This document shows, one piece after another, positions 8,635 to 18,008 of a stretch of DNA of 44,092 nucleotides (positions are counted from its first letter, which is position 1; each line of letters starts with the position of its first letter). This DNA comes from an uncultured Clostridia bacterium. GTDB taxonomy: Bacteria > Bacillota > Clostridia > Christensenellales > UBA1242. A model generated the notes under the pieces. It was not told the origin of the DNA. It searched no databases and saw nothing but the letters and a program-made list of their open reading frames with translations. The position numbers were made by a program, and so were the translations under genes. The stretch covers positions 1-44,092 of the forward strand of contig CALVJT010000006.1 of the NCBI GenBank assembly GCA_944332315.1, in the 5' to 3' direction.

Positions 8635-10461
8635 TTACACATTTTCTGCCAAAAAGAGTTCCTTAAACGATTCATCACTTTCCATAAGCTCATCAAAAGT
8701 GCCTTTGTTGGTGATTTGCCCCTCTTGCAAATAGTAAATGCAATCGGCGTTTATAATAGTAGATAGGCGGTGTGCCACTATGATAACCGTTCTATCGCGC
8801 ATCTGCGAAATACTTTTTTGTACACAGCTTTGCGCTTCGTTATCAAGTGCACTTGTACTTTCATCAAAAATTACAATGGCACTATCGCGCAAAAATGCAC
8901 GGGCAATGGCAAGGCGCTGTTTTTGTCCACCCGATAGTTTTATGCCGTTTTCACCCACAACGGTATCTATCCCCTTATCTAAACCATCAATAAACTCTTG
9001 CATATAGGCCTTTTGGCACACATCCTCAATTTCCTCATCAGTGGCATCAGGTTTTACCATTAGCAGGTTATCCTTTATAGTACCATTAAAGATGTATGTG
9101 TTCTGAGATACCATACAAATGTTGTTTCTTAAAGTGTTTTTAGATAGTTCGTTTATGTCTACCCCATCTAAAAGCACTTGTCCACTCTTGCACTGCGAAA
9201 ATTTGGCAATTAAGTTTAGTATAGTAGTTTTGCCGCTGCCACTCTGCCCGACAAACGCCACAGTTTGCCCCGCTTCAATCTTAAAGCTCAAATCTTTGAA
9301 CACAGTTTTGTGAATAACTTCTTTTTCCGAATCATCTGCATACAAATCGTATAGTGTAGATTTCTTTCCAAACTCCTGCGCATAAAGAGTTTCGTAATCA
9401 GTTTTTATGGCATCGTTGTAGTATTTATACACATAATCAAATGATACATTTCTAAATTCTATATCGCCACGCAACCTTTCTATTTCAACATCGCCATAAG
9501 TATCCACAGCAAACTCTTTTTCGTCCATAAACTCATCAATACTATTTAGGTCTACTTTTGCTGCAAGATAATTATCAGTAACAATCATAATTTCATTACC
9601 AAGGTTGCGCGCGTATGCCCCATAGTTCGTCAAGAATATTGCCGACGCAATGGCAAGCCCATATTCGCCAATAAGTACGCTCATTACAATAGGAATCAAG
9701 CCCATATATGTTTGCCAAACATAGTTGTTGCCACCCAAAACATTGTTGCGATAAATTGCATTTTTGTAGTCCGCAATATCCATAACTTCGTGCGTACTAT
9801 TTATTTTTTCAAGCAAATATCCATCGCAGTTTAGCGCCTTCATATCTCGCTGACTGTTTATTGCTTCGTTGTTGATAGCTGAATAGTAGGTTCGGGCATT
9901 GCGGGCTATGTTTCCGTATTTTACCATTTTTTTGCGCGTTAGCACCAAAACGGTTATTGCTACTGCAAAAAATGCAAACATATATAGTCCAAACATCCAA
10001 TTTATGCAAAATATGTAAATGCATATTGCCGTATGGTAGATAATATTATTTGCATATATAACAAAACTAGATATCCACCCCATTGCCTGTATTGGGTAAG
10101 TTATCATTCGGTTAGTTATTGCACTACTGCTTGAAGCCTCTATGGTATCTGTCTTTAGTTTGCGCGAGTGTTCGATTAGATAGGTAGAATATTGATATTT
10201 TACTTTGCTAAGTAAATATTGCAACACGGTATTGCTCATAATATTCATAACACAAACTAGCAAGCCAAAAATAGTACACATAATTAGCAAGTGGACAATT
10301 GTTTGTGTAGTATCACTTGCAACAGAAGCTATTAAATTGGCAGAGTAACGCGCCTCAAAAAATGCGAACATACTTATCGATAATCCGCCAATTAAATATA
10401 GCGCTATAAGCCACATATTCTTTTTTAGTATAATTTTTAGTTGCTTATCTTTCATAAACAT
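8635..10461 (-). CDS. ABC exporter, fused permease/ATPase (subunit 2)
   Basis: N-terminal TM domain; Walker A GQSGSGKT, signature LSGGQKQR, Walker B VIFDE, H-loop VAHRL. Confidence 0.95.
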   Translation of the reverse strand: MFMKDKQLKIILKKNMWLIALYLIGGLSISMFAFFEARYSANLIASVASDTTQTIVHLLIMCTIFGLLVCVMNIMSNTVLQYLLSKVKYQYSTYLIEHSRKLKTDTIEASSSSAITNRMITYPIQAMGWISSFVIYANNIIYHTAICIYIFCINWMFGLYMFAFFAVAITVLVLTRKKMVKYGNIARNARTYYSAINNEAINSQRDMKALNCDGYLLEKINSTHEVMDIADYKNAIYRNNVLGGNNYVWQTYMGLIPIVMSVLIGEYGLAIASAIFLTNYGAYARNLGNEIMIVTDNYLAAKVDLNSIDEFMDEKEFAVDTYGDVEIERLRGDIEFRNVSFDYVYKYYNDAIKTDYETLYAQEFGKKSTLYDLYADDSEKEVIHKTVFKDLSFKIEAGQTVAFVGQSGSGKTTILNLIAKFSQCKSGQVLLDGVDINELSKNTLRNNICMVSQNTYIFNGTIKDNLLMVKPDATDEEIEDVCQKAYMQEFIDGLDKGIDTVVGENGIKLSGGQKQRLAIARAFLRDSAIVIFDESTSALDNEAQSCVQKSISQMRDRTVIIVAHRLSTIINADCIYYLQEGQITNKGTFDELMESDESFKELFLAENV

Positions 10462-12293
10462 TACCTCCTTACAGTGTAGAGTTCTGCAAAATCAGGACAA
10501 TTTTTCATAAGTTCCTTAAACTTGCCCTGTGCTTCGACTTTTCCATTTTTTATAAACACAATTCTATCGCAATTTAGTATTGTAGAAAGCCTGTGCGCTA
10601 CTATAATTACTGTTTTGCCTTTTATAGAATCGATGCTTTCCTGCACGCGTTTTTGCGCAAAGTTATCTAGCGAACTTGTGCTTTCATCAAACACCACAAC
10701 TTGCGTATCGCGCAAAAATGCTCGCGCAATGGCAACGCGCTGTTTTTGCCCGCCCGATAATTTTACGCCATCCTCACCGAGCAATGTATCCATACCATAA
10801 GGCAATTCCGTTATAAATTCAGTAAGGCACGCCTTTTGGCAGGCATTGGCAATTTCCTCATCTGTCGCATCGGGCTTTACCATTCTTAAATTTTCCTTTA
10901 GCGAAAGATAGTAGATGTATGGAAATTGATTTACAACTGTTATATTACCGCGTATGCTTTCTTTATCTAGCTCTCCTATCTCCACTCCATCAAGTAATAT
11001 CTGCCCCTCAGATTGCACAAGCGAGCGCGAAAGCAGGCTTACTAGCGTACTCTTTCCGCATCCACTTTTGCCAACAAATGCCACCTTTTCGCCAGCATTT
11101 ATTTTTAAGCTAAAGTTATCAAGCACCTTTTTAGGAGGTGTTTTATCATTGTTTTCCTGTTCAACTTGCTTAGACTTTTTCTTTTTATGCTTGCCCTTAT
11201 CCATATCCGCTTTAAGCCTATTTTTTAAGTCTAAATCGTTGTAAACAAAGCTCACATTCTTAAATTCAAGTTGTCCACTAAAATTTTGCAAATGTTGAGT
11301 TCCAAATGTTTCAATAGGCATAAGCTCATCATTAAACAGTTGATTTATCCGCCTACCATGCACACTTGCCCTGTTTTTGCCTGTAAATAACTGCAATAAA
11401 TCGTAAGCCACAGCATCTACCTGCTTGTAGTTATTTAACATATAAATTAACGCAAAATATGTTATATAATATTGCTCGTACAAAATTATACCATAATACA
11501 TAAGCCCTGCTAGCATAACTGCAAGCACAATATCAAACAAGCCATCTACAACAATCCACCAATTTTCGGATTTTCGTTGAGATTTTGCGTATTTAGAAAT
11601 ATGCTTATTCATATCTTTGGTAATTTCGTTATCCAAATTTAAGCACTTTATATCCTTGTGGCCACGCACAGTTTCCAATGCTCTGCCGTACATTTTATCA
11701 AAATCATCATTTGCCACGCGCATAAGTTTTTCTGATTTACTATTTATACAAAGCCTAAATACCAATACCACTATAATAATTCCAAGTAAAATTAGTCCTA
11801 TTATGTAGTTTAGGCACATCATATATATAACTACAAACGAATGGTAAATTAGCTGTGAAACTATTTGTACAAGCATAATTATTGCATTGTACAATTGCCT
11901 TGGAGAATGATCGACACGCGATGATATAGAACCAGCCGATAATGATTCGTAAACTTCATTTGTAATTTTTACCATTCTCTCGCCAATTTTACTTTCTACT
12001 ATGCCAAAAGTGTGCAACCTTATTTTGGCATCTAATAAATTTTGCAATATCCTTTTTGTAGCCATTATAAGAGCAAATACAATTAAATAAATACCATACT
12101 TTAGCAAGCTTTGGTAATCACCCAGCGTAAGAGCCTCAAGCGCCTTAGCATCAAGCATAATTATAACTATTGTAAGGGTTACATCTATAACAACGCACAA
12201 TAGCCATAAAATCGTAAGCAGCGGCTTTTGCCAAATAATTTTTAGTATATTTATGCCTTTATTTGTTGCGCTTTTATCTTTATTATTTTTCAT
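10461..12293 (-). CDS. ABC exporter, fused permease/ATPase (subunit 1)
   Basis: Walker A GKSGCGKS, LSGGQKQR, VVFDE, VAHRL; stop/start overlap (TAATG) with subunit 2, implying a translationally coupled heterodimer. Confidence 0.95.
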   Translation of the reverse strand: MKNNKDKSATNKGINILKIIWQKPLLTILWLLCVVIDVTLTIVIIMLDAKALEALTLGDYQSLLKYGIYLIVFALIMATKRILQNLLDAKIRLHTFGIVESKIGERMVKITNEVYESLSAGSISSRVDHSPRQLYNAIIMLVQIVSQLIYHSFVVIYMMCLNYIIGLILLGIIIVVLVFRLCINSKSEKLMRVANDDFDKMYGRALETVRGHKDIKCLNLDNEITKDMNKHISKYAKSQRKSENWWIVVDGLFDIVLAVMLAGLMYYGIILYEQYYITYFALIYMLNNYKQVDAVAYDLLQLFTGKNRASVHGRRINQLFNDELMPIETFGTQHLQNFSGQLEFKNVSFVYNDLDLKNRLKADMDKGKHKKKKSKQVEQENNDKTPPKKVLDNFSLKINAGEKVAFVGKSGCGKSTLVSLLSRSLVQSEGQILLDGVEIGELDKESIRGNITVVNQFPYIYYLSLKENLRMVKPDATDEEIANACQKACLTEFITELPYGMDTLLGEDGVKLSGGQKQRVAIARAFLRDTQVVVFDESTSSLDNFAQKRVQESIDSIKGKTVIIVAHRLSTILNCDRIVFIKNGKVEAQGKFKELMKNCPDFAELYTVRR

Positions 12294-12683
12294 ATTTTTC
12301 TCCTAAGTTATTTTCGACTTTTATCATTTTTGTTTAGTTTTTATAGTATAAAAATGCAATATGATTATAAAAAATGCATCTTATTTAGATTTATAAATTC
12401 CTTAAAATTTTTTATTCCTTCAAATAGATTGACTATTTTTGCATAAAAATAAAATGGTTCGCAAATTATTTTTGCGTGTGCTAAATTAATTGCTATTTTA
12501 TTTAAGCCATTAGCGCTATTTTTAGCACAATACTCCCACTTTATTGATGCTTTACCTTTATTTTAATACACTATAATTTAAATAAATAAAAAATGATGTT
12601 TTGCAATAATATAATTTTTTATTCATTATTCATACTCCTTGCCTTTTGTATTGCCACACATAAGGCTATTGATTAAAAGCTTA

Positions 12684-14189
12684 TCATTTATTTTTTTCAA
12701 ATTCATTATCCTGTGTAGCAACAGTATTTTCAGGAGCTTGCAAAGAATTGCTTTCAGTTTCTCTAACTAATTTAATAGCATTAAATATGCCATCGTACTC
12801 ACTTTTACTAAAATCATCGGCGCGCTGTTCTAACATTTTATTTAGCGCTTGCCTATCGTATTTAAGCTTACCGTACATAGTGTTTTCGTCCACTTTTATT
12901 AAAGTTTCATCCACATCAATATTAAATACTCTACTAATCAACTTTTTCGCATCAAACACTTGTTTTTTGTGTAAATCGTCCTGCTTTTGCATTTGAGCAT
13001 TGGCCTGCAAAATTCTACTGAATGTTTTATTAATAAAACTTAATTTTTGTGATACTTGTTCGTTCCCCAACGGGTTAGCGTTTTCAAGTTGCGCTAACTG
13101 CTTGCCTATTGCTTCTTGTGTAAGGCTTCTAAAAGATTCATAGTAGCGGGCATCATACTCAGGTGCTCGCGAAACCAGCGCCTCAGCAAACGAGTTATTT
13201 ACTCTAACAACTTCAGAATTCGCAAAATCACTATTTTCAATGTCGCTTAATAGCACATCATACATTAACAAGGGATCATTATTTACTACAGTTTTTAGCA
13301 AGTCATAGTTCGGGGTTTGAAGTTCCGTGTTTAGTTTTTCAATATCTGATACAAGTTCTGCATACCTCTTTTTGGTGCCATCCTCGTGATACAAAAAGTT
13401 TAGGATAGGAAATTCTTTTAATTTTTGCGGATTATTTTTTATTATGTCATCGCACATTTTTGCGTACTTAAACTGCGCGGTTATAAGCTGATCATCCACC
13501 TCTAAATCAATGTGTTTTATCTTATTAGGGTGTTTTACCTCATCCTCCCAAACTTTCGCCTTTTTTATATTGTTTTTATAAAACTTTTCGGCAAGTTCGC
13601 CATTAAACTCGCACAAATCTTTGTAGGTTTGCTTAAACGCATTCAAATTTGCATCAGTTTCAAACAAAACATGATTGTAGTTTACGGCATAGTTATTTTC
13701 ATCTATGGAACTGCCATACAGCTCGCAAAAAGCTCCATAATTCTCGGTAGCAAGAATTTCTTTTGCAAATAAGATGCTATTTGGGTTTATTTTTGAAATT
13801 TTATTTGGAGCATTATTAAAATCAACTTGAATTTCACTGCACTGTTGCTTGTGCCTTAACTCATGGTTTAATGTAAACATCAGTGAAACTACACTGCCTA
13901 AACCCGTAACATTTGTAGACTCGGCATCAATTTTAGCCTTATTAATTGCATCTGTGTTATAGATAACAGCATCCTCCTCCACATTATATCCCCCTTCTGG
14001 AATTTCTTTATCTTTACGAAATATTAAGGGAATATTGTAGTTATGTTTCGCGCACTGCACTACAAAATAACAGTTCAAAAACTCAGTAATATCACTTTTT
14101 TGTAAATTTTTATAATTTTGGCAAAAGTCTTTGACTTCCATTTTAGCCATTTGCAAAGTTTTATTTTTATCCGCATCTATCTCATTCAT
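12684..14189 (-). CDS. Hypothetical protein with HExxH zinc-metalloprotease motif
   Basis: TLNHELRHKQQ plus downstream FETDAN (candidate third-ligand Glu); promoter TTTACA-17-TATAAT at 14255-14227 and RBS GGAG. Confidence 0.7.
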   Translation of the reverse strand: MNEIDADKNKTLQMAKMEVKDFCQNYKNLQKSDITEFLNCYFVVQCAKHNYNIPLIFRKDKEIPEGGYNVEEDAVIYNTDAINKAKIDAESTNVTGLGSVVSLMFTLNHELRHKQQCSEIQVDFNNAPNKISKINPNSILFAKEILATENYGAFCELYGSSIDENNYAVNYNHVLFETDANLNAFKQTYKDLCEFNGELAEKFYKNNIKKAKVWEDEVKHPNKIKHIDLEVDDQLITAQFKYAKMCDDIIKNNPQKLKEFPILNFLYHEDGTKKRYAELVSDIEKLNTELQTPNYDLLKTVVNNDPLLMYDVLLSDIENSDFANSEVVRVNNSFAEALVSRAPEYDARYYESFRSLTQEAIGKQLAQLENANPLGNEQVSQKLSFINKTFSRILQANAQMQKQDDLHKKQVFDAKKLISRVFNIDVDETLIKVDENTMYGKLKYDRQALNKMLEQRADDFSKSEYDGIFNAIKLVRETESNSLQAPENTVATQDNEFEKNK

Positions 14190-14475
14190 AACTATTTAAC
14201 ACTCCAATACCTAAATATTATGTAAAATTATACCATACCTACCATTTTTTGTAAAGAGTTAACACAAAATCATATATGAATGGCTTTTATTAGATTGTTT
14301 TTGTTTAATGAATTTTTACCCCAATTTTTGTTTAGTCTAATATCACAATTTATGATAATCAAATTATGAATAATTACTTAAAGAACAAAAGCATAATAAT
14401 AATGACAAAGCAATTATTTCTCAAAATATTTACATTTACCTTTCAAGCGTTAAACAAAAATAAACTTATGTGCAA

Positions 14476-15021
14476 TTACATAAGTTTATCTATATTTGTT
14501 TGTAGAGTTTTTGAGTCCTGCTTTTGCGACTCAAACATTTTATCAACTTCCTCAGCAGGTTTATAGGTATTGTTAAATTCCTCTTGTTGAATGCCATAAA
14601 TATCGTTAGGTGCATTTACAACTAGGTATCCACCTTTTTCAATATTCATCTTTTCTCCCCAAGGCGCCATAAACGATATGTCTTCGTTTATTTGTACGGC
14701 TTTAACTGGCCCACCTTTTGGCCTATGATAGCCTTCAGCATCCACTTCAACCTCGTATTTTTTACGGAAAGTTTTATCGGGAACAATGTACTGCTCTCCA
14801 TCCGGATTAGTCACTATCCAATCTGGCTCATCAGTTTCTGGGTCCACTTTAACAACATTTTTAGTTTCTACTAGCCCATTTTTCATTTGGGTTATGACTT
14901 CTTGCCCTTCGCGCCCCTGTTCCGCTTTTACTCTTGCAAACTTTTTATAATCCTTAAGTTCAGCACCATTATCAACCATATCGCTTACATAAATATAAGC
15001 ATCAACATCCTTAAAATCCAT
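14476..15021 (-). CDS. PGDYG-like protein with two internal repeats
   Basis: Start reassigned to ATG 15021 (RBS AGGAG; promoter TTGACA-17-TATACT at 15087-15059). Repeats DWIVTNPDGEQYIVPDKTFRKKYE and GGYLVVNAPNDIYGIQQEEFNNTYK. Confidence 0.65.
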   Translation of the reverse strand: MDFKDVDAYIYVSDMVDNGAELKDYKKFARVKAEQGREGQEVITQMKNGLVETKNVVKVDPETDEPDWIVTNPDGEQYIVPDKTFRKKYEVEVDAEGYHRPKGGPVKAVQINEDISFMAPWGEKMNIEKGGYLVVNAPNDIYGIQQEEFNNTYKPAEEVDKMFESQKQDSKTLQTNIDKLM

Positions 15022-15083
15022 ACGATATCTCCTATAAATATATTTTTTATGATGAGTAAGTATAACATTTATAACTAAATTTG

Positions 15084-16595
15084 TCAACAACTCTTAAAAA
15101 CTTCTTTCAATTGGCAGTTTTGCAATGCGTATACTCTATCGGTTGTAGCATTAATAAAATCTAAATCGTGCGAAATTGTCAATACCGTACCCTTAAAGTT
15201 TGCCAATACCTTTTTAAGGAATTCTTTATTGGCAATATCTAAATGATTTGTTGGCTCATCTAATATTATAAAGTTGGCATCACTCAAAATAATTTGGTTC
15301 AACTTTATTCGCATACGCTCCCCTAATGATAGATATTTTGTTTTTGTATTAAATCGCGTTTTATCTATGTTCATATTAATCAAATTTGTTATAAAACTTG
15401 TTCTAAAATAGGCATCACCACTTTTAGACATTTCATTTATTGTCGTATTTTCGTCTAAATCGTAGATATCTTGTTCTAGATGTGCAATGTTCAGGCTACC
15501 CGCCTTTATTATATTGCCTTTTTGGCACTGCAATTTGCCTACAATTAAATTAATAAGAGTGGTTTTGCCTGTGCCGTTATTGCCTATTATTCCCACCTTT
15601 TCGCCAGATTTGATTTCAAAATTTAATGACTCGAAAAGTGCCCTTAGAGTTGAATATCCAAACTCGACATCCTCAAACTTTACTGCTACTTTAGATTTTA
15701 GTGGGTTAGCATCGAACCTATACTTTATCTCTCTTTCCACTTCTGGCTTATCAGGCGCATTATCAAGTTGATGCTCTAGTCTACTAATTCTGCTTGCAAC
15801 AGTTTTATTCATTTTTTTTGCGTGCACCATCGCTTTTGTTTTAGTTTGCATATAGCCGCTTCCGTTACCCCTATCTTGCCTGCCAACATCACGCTCTGCT
15901 TTATCGGCAAACTTGCGTATAAACTCTATATTTTCTTTTATCTCTTTAACTTTTTTTGTGTAGGTTATATAATCCCGCTCTTTGCTAATTAGCTCTAATT
16001 CTTTTTGATGCTTAAAACTATTGTAGTTGCCAGCGTACTCTTTTATTTTTGTGTTACTTATTTCTATAATCTTTTGAGCAAAAGCATTCAAAAAATCTAT
16101 ATCGTGCGAAACCGCAATAACTGTGCCCTCAAATGCGCCTATCAAATTTAATAAAACTTTTTTACCCCCAATATCCAAATGATTAGTTGGTTCATCTAAT
16201 AGCAAAGTTTGAGGATTTTTTATATACTCGAGTGCAAACGCAAGTTTTGTGCGCTCCCCACAAGATAATTTATCTACATTGTGTATATCCCCTACAAACC
16301 CCAACAGTTTAAGATTATATAGCAACCTACCCCTTTGTTCTTTATCCAAAAGCACACTTTTTAGCGTATTAAAATCGGTAAATGATGACTGCCTTAAAAA
16401 CGCCACAGTGCCATCTATTTTACACAGCCCGCTATAATCATCATCAAAACCAGCAATTATGTTTAGTAAAGTGGTCTTACCTACTCCGTTATCTCCTACA
16501 ATGCCTACCTTTTCACCATCATATATGGATAGGTCAATGCAATCAAAAATTGTCTTTTCTCCAAAATCTTTACTTAATTTACTTAAATATAGCAT
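15084..16595 (-). CDS. ABC-F ATPase, antibiotic-resistance (ribosome protection) type, VmlR/CplR-like
   Basis: Two NBDs (GDNGVGKT, GNNGTGKT; LDEPTNHLD twice), no TM segments, extended interdomain linker ending AKKMNKTVASRISRLE; start reassigned to ATG 16595 after AAAGGAGG. Confidence 0.85.
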   Translation of the reverse strand: MLYLSKLSKDFGEKTIFDCIDLSIYDGEKVGIVGDNGVGKTTLLNIIAGFDDDYSGLCKIDGTVAFLRQSSFTDFNTLKSVLLDKEQRGRLLYNLKLLGFVGDIHNVDKLSCGERTKLAFALEYIKNPQTLLLDEPTNHLDIGGKKVLLNLIGAFEGTVIAVSHDIDFLNAFAQKIIEISNTKIKEYAGNYNSFKHQKELELISKERDYITYTKKVKEIKENIEFIRKFADKAERDVGRQDRGNGSGYMQTKTKAMVHAKKMNKTVASRISRLEHQLDNAPDKPEVEREIKYRFDANPLKSKVAVKFEDVEFGYSTLRALFESLNFEIKSGEKVGIIGNNGTGKTTLINLIVGKLQCQKGNIIKAGSLNIAHLEQDIYDLDENTTINEMSKSGDAYFRTSFITNLINMNIDKTRFNTKTKYLSLGERMRIKLNQIILSDANFIILDEPTNHLDIANKEFLKKVLANFKGTVLTISHDLDFINATTDRVYALQNCQLKEVFKSC

Positions 16596-16877
16596 AGTTG
16601 TACCTCCTTTCCCGCAAGGTACTTTTGTTTTATAATACAATAAAATGCAGTTTTTGCACATTGATGTTATTTTTAGACGATATTTAATTTTGCTTATAAA
16701 TAACAAATTTTATTTGCTAAACAAGAAAGCCAAAAAATCCCCACAACATTAAAAGCAAAATTATATTTATTGTTTTTACCTATTTAATTTGCATTTTTAC
16801 AAAATAGTTTTTATCACTATACTTATTATACTGCATACTCTAGTTTGTTTTAGATACAACTAAATTTGATATAAAAC

Positions 16878-16912
16878 AAAAAAACACAAGGCGGATTTAT
16901 TTTATCAGCCTT
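16878..16912 (-). terminator. Second terminator-like hairpin in the ABC-F upstream region
   Basis: AAGGCTGAT-aaaataa-ATCCGCCTT followed by GTGTTTTTTT. Confidence 0.55.
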
Positions 16913-17113
16913 TTATAATATTAATTGTTGAAAGGCAAGTTTATATATTACAAAGTAAATAATCTCTAGCATAACATAACAAACATATCTACAAATGCAT
17001 AAGCTGATACACTACACATTCTACTAATTAAACTAGTATAATATATTTAGATTATTCTATACATAACAAATTACATTTGCTAACATAAAATGACGATATA
17101 TAAACAATTCCCA

Positions 17114-17195
17114 CAAATAAAATAAGGCTGAACAAGAAATCTTTGTTCGCCCCAAATACTTTATACCTATATTAAATGAAAGGACGACAAAGATA
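17114..17195 (-). promoter_or_regulatory. Terminator/antiterminator attenuator
   Basis: Terminator GGCGAACAA...TTGTTCAGCC+TTATTTTATTT; upstream ATCTTTGTCGTCC is complementary to the terminator 5' arm GGGCGAACAAAGAT. Confidence 0.8.
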
Positions 17196-17197
17196 TA

Positions 17198-17224
17198 TTA
17201 AATACTTAATATAATCATTATCAT
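17198..17224 (-). CDS. Leader peptide uORF MIMIILSI
   Basis: RBS GGAGGTG, then ATG ATA ATG ATT ATA TTA AGT ATT TAA directly before the antiterminator. Confidence 0.75.
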   Translation of the reverse strand: MIMIILSI

Positions 17225-17252
17225 TCTTTCACCTCCAACCTTTATTTGCGCC

Positions 17253-17281
17253 ATTATAACCCAAAATTTATTACTTGTCAA
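17253..17281 (-). promoter_or_regulatory. Consensus sigmaA promoter of the attenuator leader
   Basis: TTGACA-17-TATAAT. Confidence 0.88.
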
Positions 17282-17460
17282 TACTTTTTAAAAATTTTTT
17301 ATATAAAATTATTAATTTATTAGTTTAATTTGCTGTTTATAGCAAAAAAGAGAATTCATACAAAAAAAAATTAATTGCCAGTTTTTACAAAAAAGAAAGT
17401 TTGTTGAGCATTTCCGCCACATAACCCCTATTTGTATTTTACATTTTTATGAGGCTTTTA

Positions 17461-17489
17461 TTGACAATAATTTTTGCGTTTGCTATAAT
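17461..17489 (+). promoter_or_regulatory. Consensus sigmaA promoter
   Basis: TTGACA-17-TATAAT with extended -10 TG; RBS GAGG before ATG 17506. Confidence 0.88.
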
Positions 17490-17505
17490 TAATTGAGGTA
17501 GTTTT

Positions 17506-17997
17506 ATGGAAAATAATATAGATAAACACTTAAAAATTAAGAAAAAATTAAAAATTATTGGAATAATACTTATTGTAGTTGGTTTGGGATGTGTTATAGC
17601 AGGCTTTATAGATATTGCAAGAGCCAATAATAGTTATAGTGCTCCAAAATTGTTCTTTTTGCTCATTATTGGTTTCCCACTACTATTTGGCGGTATTGCT
17701 TGCACTTTGTGGGGCTTTGCTAAAGAGATGGCTAGATATGCTAAAAATGAGTCCGTTCCAATTTCTAATGAAGCAGGGCAAGAGATGAGTACAGGTTTAC
17801 AAGGCATCACGCACGCAGTTAAACAAGGGCTTAAAGATGAGGAAAAAATTATTTGCGAATGTGGACAACAAAATGATAAAGGTAGTAACTTTTGTAGCGC
17901 ATGTGGTCGTCCGCTTTCAAAAAAATGCCCAAACTGTGGGAATGTTCTAGAGCAGTACGACAAGTTTTGCAGTAAATGCGGAAAAGAAATGGAGTGA
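17506..17997 (+). CDS. Membrane protein (2 TM) with C-terminal double zinc ribbon
   Basis: Two hydrophobic helices; CECG...FCSACG...CPNCG...FCSKCG. Confidence 0.88.
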   Translation: MENNIDKHLKIKKKLKIIGIILIVVGLGCVIAGFIDIARANNSYSAPKLFFLLIIGFPLLFGGIACTLWGFAKEMARYAKNESVPISNEAGQEMSTGLQGITHAVKQGLKDEEKIICECGQQNDKGSNFCSACGRPLSKKCPNCGNVLEQYDKFCSKCGKEME

Positions 17998-18008
17998 AAA
18001 GATATTAA

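Noticed and set aside
16596-16706. N-terminal 37 aa of the ORF-track ABC-F, and similar extensions at 15090, 19318, 28482, 30081 and 30649
   Set aside because: Better RBS-linked ATGs lie downstream and several extensions overlap promoters.
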